Sequence record: SRR20825006_1812
Direction: 5' to 3' (one strand)
DNA length: 46,126 nucleotides
The translations under genes were made by a program, and so were the position numbers. Below, one piece after another: positions 39,501-46,126 of the stretch; the first letter of the stretch is position 1; each line of letters begins with the position of its first letter. The notes beneath the pieces were generated by a model, which searched no databases, had not been told where the DNA came from, and was given only the letters and a program-made list of their open reading frames with translations.

Positions 39501-40775
39501 TTGAATAAAACAGATTCATATAGTCCTTCAAAAACTGTAGAACATCTTTTCCGAGAGCAATCGGGAAGGATGTCTTCGGTGCTAACCAGAGTGTTTGGAT
39601 TCCATAACTCTGAATTGGTTGATGATATCATCCAAGAAACCTTTATTGCCGCGATGAAAACATGGCCACTTAAAGGTGAACCGGAAGAACCTGTAGCCTG
39701 GCTGATGACCGTAGCAAAGAATAAGCTTCTTAATGAATTAAAAAGACTAAAACGTTCCGAGAAGAAGCACCAAGCTTTGGTAGTCTATCAGACCGACGAA
39801 CAAATTGACGATCTATTTCTAGATCATGAAATAAAAGATAGTCAACTAAGGACACTATTTGCTTGCTGTAATCCCAACTTAAAGCCCAAAGTTCAAATAA
39901 TGCTTACCCTGAAAATCGTTTCGGGCTTTAGCGATGCTATGATTGGTAATGCTCTATTAATGAGCGAGCATGCAGTTAAGAAAAGCATTTTTAGAGCAAA
40001 GCAGCTTCTAAGAAATTCTGGCGAGAAACTTCAAATACCTTTTGTGTCTGAAGCCGAGAACCGCGTTGAAACAGCTCTCACAGTTATTTACTTAATATTT
40101 AATGAAGGTTATAAAAGCAGCCAAGGAGCATTAGTTTTTAGCGAAGAGATTTGTGAGGAAGCTATAAAATTGGGGTTGCTTCTGGAAGGTGTCCCAAATA
40201 TCGAGCAAGGGAAATTGTTTGCATTGCTAGCACTCATGTATTTTAACGTAGCTCGATTGGATACTAGATTAAATGATCTTGGTGAGATGGTAAATTTTGA
40301 AAACCAGAATCGTTTAAAATGGGATAAAAAATTAATTAAAGCGGGTGTGTATTCTTTAAGGAAGTCTAGAGTTAGTACAAAATTAAGCAAGTATCATTTA
40401 GAAGCGACCATTGCATCCGCGCATGCTCTAGCTAGTCATTATAAAGAAACAGACTGGAAACTAATTGTAAGCTGCTATAGAATGCTACTTAAGTTACAAG
40501 ACACAGCTTTAACCAAGCTGAACTTCGCTATTGCGTTAAGTAAACTAGATGGGCCTGATGCAGGACTAAAAATTCTGGAAGAAATTGAAGAAAAGGATCC
40601 GTTTAAATCCTTGTATTTTGCTGCTAAAGCAGAAATGAATATGAGTGCAGAAAATTATGACAAGGCAAAAGCTTATTACTCAGTTGCGTTAGATTATATT
40701 ACAAACGATGCAGAAAGAGACTTTATCCAAAAGAAAATTCAAGAATGTGATAAACATAATTATCTATCTAATTAA
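39501..40775 (+). CDS. ECF sigma factor with long TPR-like C-terminal extension (ECF42-like)
   Basis: DDIIQETF..AWL..AKN sigma2 region, DSQLRTLFACC, IYLIFNEGY, QNR..WD, YHLEA.IA, TDW motifs; abuts the YciI gene; TTG start. Confidence 0.88.
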   Translation: MNKTDSYSPSKTVEHLFREQSGRMSSVLTRVFGFHNSELVDDIIQETFIAAMKTWPLKGEPEEPVAWLMTVAKNKLLNELKRLKRSEKKHQALVVYQTDEQIDDLFLDHEIKDSQLRTLFACCNPNLKPKVQIMLTLKIVSGFSDAMIGNALLMSEHAVKKSIFRAKQLLRNSGEKLQIPFVSEAENRVETALTVIYLIFNEGYKSSQGALVFSEEICEEAIKLGLLLEGVPNIEQGKLFALLALMYFNVARLDTRLNDLGEMVNFENQNRLKWDKKLIKAGVYSLRKSRVSTKLSKYHLEATIASAHALASHYKETDWKLIVSCYRMLLKLQDTALTKLNFAIALSKLDGPDAGLKILEEIEEKDPFKSLYFAAKAEMNMSAENYDKAKAYYSVALDYITNDAERDFIQKKIQECDKHNYLSN

Positions 40776-40789
40776 AAAGTAAACCAATC

Positions 40790-41314
40790 ATGAAAAAACT
40801 ATTCTTAGTAGCAGTGCTGATAAGCTTAGGCACTAGCGCAGTTCAAGCACAAAGTGAATATACGGAACACACTCTTCGGCTTGATAGCTTAGCGAACATG
40901 CCAGCGGCTAAAATCAGTGATGTTGCATGGTTGTCTGGGAGTTGGGTAGCTGAAGCCTTTGGTGGCTTGGCAGAGGATATTTGGTCGGACCCAGCAGGTG
41001 GTGCCATGATGGGAATGTTCCGTTCGATTACAAAAGGTGAAGTTGGTTTCTACGAGTTGTTTACGATTTCGGAATTCGAAGGGTCATTAATGCTTCGCTT
41101 GAGACATTTCAATGCAGACTTAACAGCTTGGGAAGAAAAAGGTGTTACTCAAGATTTTCCCTTAGTTAAAATCGATAAGAACACAGCGTGGTTTGAAGGG
41201 TTTACTATCGATAAAAAAGGAAAGAATGAGTACGTAATTTATTTAGCGATGGATAAAGCAGATGGAAGTGTTAGAGAAATGATATTTGAATACACACGCC
41301 GTAAGGGTAAATAA
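40790..41314 (+). CDS. Exported protein, DUF6265-like
   Basis: Signal peptide; WLSGSW..EDIWS.PAGGAMMGMFR..FYE..LRLRHF pattern. Confidence 0.75.
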   Translation: MKKLFLVAVLISLGTSAVQAQSEYTEHTLRLDSLANMPAAKISDVAWLSGSWVAEAFGGLAEDIWSDPAGGAMMGMFRSITKGEVGFYELFTISEFEGSLMLRLRHFNADLTAWEEKGVTQDFPLVKIDKNTAWFEGFTIDKKGKNEYVIYLAMDKADGSVREMIFEYTRRKGK

Positions 41315-41343
41315 AAAAAGTCGCCCCAAAACGAGGCGACTTT
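41313..41343. terminator. Rho-independent terminator, stronger for the minus strand
   Basis: AAAGTCGCC/GGCGACTTT stem; A7 tract on the + strand side. Confidence 0.8.
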
Positions 41344-41381
41344 CTATCTAAGTTCTATAAACTTCAGAGCAAGCTACGGTA

Positions 41382-41489
41382 TTATTTTTTACCGCTTTTA
41401 TTCATTTGAACTGCTTTCTTCTGTGGTGCAGCAGATTTAGCATTTGATTTAGTTTGTGCTTGAGCTGGTTGTTTAAATTTGTTAGCCAT
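41382..41489 (-). CDS. Small basic protein, 35 aa (MANKFKQPAQAQTKSNAKSAAPQKKAVQMNKSGKK), below the ORF-track cut-off
   Basis: Clean ATG..TAA frame; codons (GCT/AAA/CAA/CCA) resemble those of the ribosomal genes here; structured leader upstream and minus-strand terminator downstream. Confidence 0.65.
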   Translation of the reverse strand: MANKFKQPAQAQTKSNAKSAAPQKKAVQMNKSGKK

Positions 41490-41726
41490 TGCTGTAATAA
41501 GTATTGGGACGTTTTGGTTATGTTCTCTCGCCTGTTTTGGCAAAATCCTAACCCATGATTAAGTAGAGTGTTCATCGTTAATCATTAATTAATGGTACGA
41601 AGAATTCTGATGATTAAAACACTTTGAGCCACAAATGAGTGATAGATTTTATAGATAAAAACTTTGGAGGTTATCTATATAAAATCATTTCGTAAATCTA
41701 ATTTAAATTGTGTTTTATGGGTTGTT

Positions 41727-42983
41727 CTAATTAGTGGGTGAAGGACTGAATTTTAGTTTATGAGACACTAACAAACTTAAGACCGCAAAAGAAGTAAAAA
41801 GGAAGAATCCAATTTGGAGACTAGATGCGTTTGTAGTCATGATTTCCACTCTGGTTGTAATATTTTCTAAGCCAGTTAGCTGGTCCGAAATAATTCCGCT
41901 GAAGCCTATAAAAGCCATAAAAATGGCAATCACCATTACATCAGCCATCGACCATTTCGAAATCTTAAACACCAAGAATTTTACCCAAGATTTTTGTTTT
42001 GCTTTTTCAGAATAGAGGTAAAAAATGGAAGCCGTAAGTTTACTTATCGGAAAAAGAACACTGAAGGCAAAAACGAGTGCTCCAACAAGAAAGACGTCAG
42101 GTTTAGAGTTACTTAGCATAAGTCGCACGACCTCTAGAATGCTTTTACTTTTAAAGTAGAGCACCTGATCGGTGAATAAAATAGATTCTCCCATCAGCTG
42201 AAACTCCATTTTAGAAATACGAGCGTCAATATTTATCATGGGGAGAAGTAAGCCCACCAATAAAAGAACTGTGCAGGTTAAACTTAAAAGCAGAAACTCT
42301 AAAGGAGTAAAGTTTTTGGAAAGTGAAACACCAATAAAAAGCAGAACTACCATTGAAAAAAGAGCAATGGAATAAGGTGTTCTATGCAAAACCTGTTTCG
42401 AGATTTTACTCTTAATAATTACGATGGCTTCTTGTTTGCTAGAAGCATGATGCTTAGCTAGAATTTCATCATATATAGAGTAATCAATTTCCGAGAATGT
42501 CTTTTCAGAATACTCATCCATTTTGTTAAGAAGGAAGTCTTTAGCGAGTTCTTTATTCTCGGGATCTTTCACAAAGTCTAAAATACTCTCCGTAATAAGT
42601 GGGATGTCTTTCCGCATCACACCATAAACATCTGTTATGTTAGCAATGCTTCCTTTTAAGAAGCCTTTAAGGCTACCAGAGTTTTTTTCAAAGAAGCTTT
42701 TTTCAAGCTCATCTATGGCAGTAGAAAGAAAATCGGCAATTTTTTCTCGGAGTTCTTCTTCTTTGGCAGGTTCAACCTCAAACTCATTAATCCGTTTTAC
42801 TAGAATTTCTGAAAGTGCAGTCTTCCATTCATCAACGTTAAATAGACCGTACTTTACATTCGAAAGTTCGATTAATTCTAGGTCTAGAGTTCTTTTCTGG
42901 GACTCAATGCTATATATAGAAATAGAAGAGATAATAATCCCAATAAGTAGAATCCCTAGTAATGTACTCCGGTAGTTCTTCAA
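41727..42983 (-). CDS. Paraquat-inducible protein A (PqiA)-domain membrane protein with large N-terminal extracytoplasmic region
   Basis: C-terminal KSILEVV..FSVLFPISKL..KWSMADVMVIAIF..GFFLF pattern. Confidence 0.8.
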   Translation of the reverse strand: MKNYRSTLLGILLIGIIISSISIYSIESQKRTLDLELIELSNVKYGLFNVDEWKTALSEILVKRINEFEVEPAKEEELREKIADFLSTAIDELEKSFFEKNSGSLKGFLKGSIANITDVYGVMRKDIPLITESILDFVKDPENKELAKDFLLNKMDEYSEKTFSEIDYSIYDEILAKHHASSKQEAIVIIKSKISKQVLHRTPYSIALFSMVVLLFIGVSLSKNFTPLEFLLLSLTCTVLLLVGLLLPMINIDARISKMEFQLMGESILFTDQVLYFKSKSILEVVRLMLSNSKPDVFLVGALVFAFSVLFPISKLTASIFYLYSEKAKQKSWVKFLVFKISKWSMADVMVIAIFMAFIGFSGIISDQLTGLENITTRVEIMTTNASSLQIGFFLFTSFAVLSLLVSHKLKFSPSPTN

Positions 42984-43060
42984 AATTTACGCTAAGTTTT
43001 CAAGATTGAACGTAATAGTAGTTAAAGCGAATCAGCCTAGCAAATAGTAGTCTGTAAAGA

Positions 43061-44371
43061 TTACTGAAATTCCATCCCCAAAAGCTCACTCAAAATACGC
43101 TTACTTTTTGTGGTCGATATTTGTGCTCCTAATTTTATTAAGATGCTGTACAACCCTGTATGCACTCTGCTAGTATAAAGAAAATGCTTAGAACCACGTA
43201 GTTCATTTGAAAGTGGAGCTTCTTTGGTGAAGTGACGTAGAGTTTTATCATATTCGGGATCTCGAAAATCAAATACTTCTTCTATATATGGCTTGGAAAA
43301 CATTATGCCATAATTTCGAGCGAAATTGTAATACTCTTCTTCGCGTTCTTGATTTTCGGCGTTAGGATTTACTACATCTAACTTAACATATAAGTCTCGT
43401 ATGGCTTGCTGATCATCAGCCAAATGTGTTGGAAGTAGTTTTAAGTAATTAGTAAAAAATTCTTCAGGGAATTTCTTAACACAGCCGAAATCAATAACTC
43501 CAAGTTTGCCATTTGGAGTAAATAAGAAATTTCCTGGATGTGTATCTGCATGCACGTATCCACCCTCTCTAATTTCCTCATGGAAAAAATCCCAAAGAAG
43601 TTGTCCAAAATGATTGCGTTCTGCTTGGCTAGGTTCTTGTTTCAAAAAATCACCAAGGTGTTGGCCTTCAATAAAGGTCATGCATAAGACACGATTTGTA
43701 GAAAATTCCTGAATCCATTCGGGAATCAGAACTTCATCGGAACCAAAGCGAGTTCCAAATTGGTCGATCTGAGAACCTTCATGTTGGTAGTCGGTTTCCT
43801 CAAGAAGCGTATTCTTTATCTCTTGGAAATAAGGATCAATATCAGAGCCTTTCTTTATAAGTCTTTTTGCAAGAGATTTTGCAACGGCCATATCCGAGCT
43901 AATGGTTTCCCTTACATTCGGGTATTGAATTTTCACCGCCACTTTTCGGCCATCTTTTAGTTCAGCGCGATGCACTTGGCCAATTGATGCCGCAGCAAAA
44001 GCTTCGGATTCGAATTTTGCAAATAGTCGTTCGGGATAATCGCCGAGTTCTCTTTTTATAATAGAGCGAACAAGTGCTTTATTTATTGGAGGGACTGAAT
44101 ATTGAGCTTGAGTCATTACTTCAGCAAACTCTTCAGGCAAAAAGCCCTGATCCATACTCATCCCCTGAGCTATTTTTAGAGCAGTTCCACGTAGTTTGGT
44201 AAATTCTTTAAATACATGCTTTGCATTATCAGTATGGAAATCTGCATCGCTACTTTCTTTGCCTGTCACTTTCTTCTTTATATAACGTTGGGCATAATTG
44301 GTACCTACTTTGATTCCAGTTTTCGCAATTATTTTGCCACGCTCAAACTTAGATGAAGGAAAATCACTCAT
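43061..44371 (-). CDS. ABC1/AarF/UbiB family kinase
   Basis: LKIAQ, AAASIGQVHRA, VAVKIQYP, HADTHPGN, IDFGC; start at MSDF (44371), overlapping the upstream stop. Confidence 0.92.
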   Translation of the reverse strand: MSDFPSSKFERGKIIAKTGIKVGTNYAQRYIKKKVTGKESSDADFHTDNAKHVFKEFTKLRGTALKIAQGMSMDQGFLPEEFAEVMTQAQYSVPPINKALVRSIIKRELGDYPERLFAKFESEAFAAASIGQVHRAELKDGRKVAVKIQYPNVRETISSDMAVAKSLAKRLIKKGSDIDPYFQEIKNTLLEETDYQHEGSQIDQFGTRFGSDEVLIPEWIQEFSTNRVLCMTFIEGQHLGDFLKQEPSQAERNHFGQLLWDFFHEEIREGGYVHADTHPGNFLFTPNGKLGVIDFGCVKKFPEEFFTNYLKLLPTHLADDQQAIRDLYVKLDVVNPNAENQEREEEYYNFARNYGIMFSKPYIEEVFDFRDPEYDKTLRHFTKEAPLSNELRGSKHFLYTSRVHTGLYSILIKLGAQISTTKSKRILSELLGMEFQ

Positions 44372-45065
44372 TAATGGTGTCCTCATCTTTAAAGAAACTG
44401 GTAATCCAATCACCAACAATAGGTATGTTTTTGGCGAGGCCCTCTTGGGCAACCAAATGCTTTACTAAATCGAAGCCTTTATCTAATACTTTGTTGTAAA
44501 CAGCTTCTTCAACAAAAACGGTGAGCTTATCGGTTAGAGCCATACTTCTTTCGTAACCTTCCGAGCCATCTTTTAGCCAATACTTAGTAATGTGGTAAAA
44601 CTCATTAGTCAAAAAATGATAGAAGTAATCCTTCAAAAGTAAGCCGGCGCTAACAGCTATATTGGGATCTGTAGTAAAAAACCGATGAAACAATTGTTTA
44701 GTCTGGATGAAAAACTCAGATTTAGAACCAGCTTTGATTACACTTTCATCAAAAGTATCCTCAACAAACTCGCGACGTTCATTCATCATGTCGAACATCG
44801 TAAATATAAAATTGGATAATTTTTCGCTGATAGTATAACTGTCGAAATCATCGATTTCCTCAATCATAGCAGAATATCGAAGTATTAACGAAGGGTAGTA
44901 AAAGTCGAGGATGGCTTTTTTATTCGGAAATAAATCGTAAATCTCTGTAGCAGACAGTTCAGTTTTGTCAATCAAATTAGAGATTGTAAATCGGCCATTT
45001 TCTAAATAGAGATCTATAGCAGACTCGCAAAGAAAAATCTTTAGATTTAGTTGATCAGTAGTCAT
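44364..45065 (-). CDS. TetR-like transcriptional regulator
   Basis: N-terminal HTH-like TISNLIDKTELSATEIYDLFPNK; C-terminal YWLKDGSEGYERS pattern; translationally coupled to the ABC1 kinase. Confidence 0.75.
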   Translation of the reverse strand: MTTDQLNLKIFLCESAIDLYLENGRFTISNLIDKTELSATEIYDLFPNKKAILDFYYPSLILRYSAMIEEIDDFDSYTISEKLSNFIFTMFDMMNERREFVEDTFDESVIKAGSKSEFFIQTKQLFHRFFTTDPNIAVSAGLLLKDYFYHFLTNEFYHITKYWLKDGSEGYERSMALTDKLTVFVEEAVYNKVLDKGFDLVKHLVAQEGLAKNIPIVGDWITSFFKDEDTINE

Positions 45066-45089
45066 ATCAAAATATTAGATTAGAATGGC

Positions 45090-45117
45090 TAAACGAATGA
45101 ATAATGGAAACAGTTCA
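45090..45117 (-). promoter_or_regulatory. Putative ECF-sigma promoter for the TetR/ABC1 unit
   Basis: Minus strand TGAACT-N16-CGTTTA, ending about 25 nt upstream of the ATG. Confidence 0.45.
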
Positions 45118-45185
45118 TTATGAAGCGAAAATTATCAGTAAGTGGTAACCAATTTTTTTTAAATAGGTCAATAAATAAATAACAC

Positions 45186-45932
45186 ATGAGTAAGCAACAT
45201 CAAAGAGATGCTTTATTTCTGACATTAACGGGTATTTTTTTAACCTCGTTGGTATTAGGTAATGTAATTGGCACAACGAAGTTCGTAAATATTTTTAGCC
45301 TAGAGTTACCAGCTTGGCTAAGTTCTATTACTCCTGCACTAATTAGAAATGATAGTATTTATACTATGAGTGTTCCAGTTGGAGTAATTGCCTATCCGTT
45401 TACATTTCTAGCAACAGATTTAATCTCGGAACTTTTTGGGCGGAAAAAGGCACAACTGGTAGTTTGGGTAGGATTTTCCATGAATGTGTTTATGCTTTTT
45501 TTAATGTCAATAAATCACTGGCTCCCAGATGCAGCTGGTGTAAGTGGTGGATTGAATTTATTTGAAGGGGTCTACGAGTTCATGGTAGGAAATACAATTG
45601 CGAGCATGATTGCTTATTTAACAGCGCAGTCAGTAGATGTTAAGATGTTTCACTATTTGAAAAAGAAAACAAATGGAAAGCATCTTTGGCTCAGGAACAA
45701 CGGGTCAACAATGATTAGTCAGCTAATAGACTCTACTGCCATACTTAGCATTTTGTATTTTACTAATAAACTTGGTTCGGATATAAATACCATTGGAGCA
45801 CTAATAATTTTGATTGTGAATTCGTACTTATTCAAGTTTTTCTTCGCCCTTTTAGACACACCACTTTTTTATTTAGGAGTGAAAATATTTAAGGAATTTG
45901 AGGAAGAGATTGTAGTTAAAAGGTTTAGTTAA
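45186..45932 (+). CDS. yhhQ: Queuosine precursor transporter (YhhQ/Vut_1 family)
   Basis: YPFTFLATDLISELFG, ASMIAYL.AQ..DV..F, LWLRNNGSTMISQLIDS, DTPLFY. Confidence 0.9.
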   Translation: MSKQHQRDALFLTLTGIFLTSLVLGNVIGTTKFVNIFSLELPAWLSSITPALIRNDSIYTMSVPVGVIAYPFTFLATDLISELFGRKKAQLVVWVGFSMNVFMLFLMSINHWLPDAAGVSGGLNLFEGVYEFMVGNTIASMIAYLTAQSVDVKMFHYLKKKTNGKHLWLRNNGSTMISQLIDSTAILSILYFTNKLGSDINTIGALIILIVNSYLFKFFFALLDTPLFYLGVKIFKEFEEEIVVKRFS

Positions 45933-45991
45933 AATGGATTCAGGGATTCACAAAAAAAAAGGAAAAAAAGATAAATAAATTGAAAATAAAA

Positions 45992-46107
45992 CTTGCCTCG
46001 GAGAGAGCAATGCCCTACCTTTGTAATCCTTTCAACAAAAGAAAAACATTTACGAAATACAAGCTGTTAAGTCAGCTTTTTTTGTCTGAAAGGGGTTGTT
46101 CTTTGAA
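45992..46107 (+). promoter_or_regulatory. Probable rRNA operon promoter and leader with boxA
   Basis: A-rich UP-like tract, CTTG(45992)-N20-TACCTTTG(46016-46023), leader stem CCTTTCA/TGAAAGG, then boxA-like TGTTCTTTGAA (46097-46107). The rRNA gene itself is not in the window. Confidence 0.7.
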
Positions 46108-46126
46108 GAGATGTAGAAGCATAAAA

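Noticed and set aside
39094..39531. 145-aa minus-strand ORF
   Set aside because: Antisense to the clear YciI gene, with no recognisable features
41607..41640. CTGATGA suggesting a hammerhead ribozyme core
   Set aside because: No stem II followed by GAAA and no supporting stems
44372..44452. N-terminal extension of the ABC1 kinase in the ORF track
   Set aside because: Overlaps the TetR-like gene; the coupled ATG at 44371 is more plausible
45122..45185. preQ1 riboswitch expected upstream of yhhQ
   Set aside because: No preQ1-I hairpin with A-rich pseudoknot tail is recognisable

Overview
AT-rich chromosomal window from an FCB-group bacterium, probably Balneolaceae-like. This is inferred from the protein sequences, a T9SS-type C-terminal tail, TAnnTTnG-type promoters and the rplM-rpsI-rpsB-tsf-pyrH order. 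It is mostly core, origin-type DNA: a partial tRNA-Leu(GAG), a 6S-like structured RNA at the end of a tightly packed dnaA-folB-folK-dNK-orf-TPR run, a DnaA-box cluster upstream of dnaA, prmC, eno, a secreted endonuclease-I-family nuclease, recF-dciA-like, ispH, smc, frr and the translation-gene cluster. The second half holds an S9 peptidase, methylmalonyl-CoA mutase genes with meaB, an acyl-CoA dehydrogenase, several PAS/histidine-kinase sensors, a YciI/ECF42-like sigma unit, a PqiA-like gene, a TetR-like/ABC1-kinase pair, yhhQ, and what looks like an rRNA-operon promoter with boxA at the right edge. I found no mobile elements, CRISPR arrays or defence systems. The best leads not in the ORF track are (1) the 6S-like RNA starting right at the TPR stop codon of the dnaA-folate run, (2) a 35-aa Lys-rich ORF with its own structured leader and terminator, (3) a cysteine-less LOV-like stand-alone PAS protein, and (4) a histidine kinase with a degenerate ATPase domain lying between pyrH and frr. 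Family assignments come from motif recognition by eye; no database searches were run.
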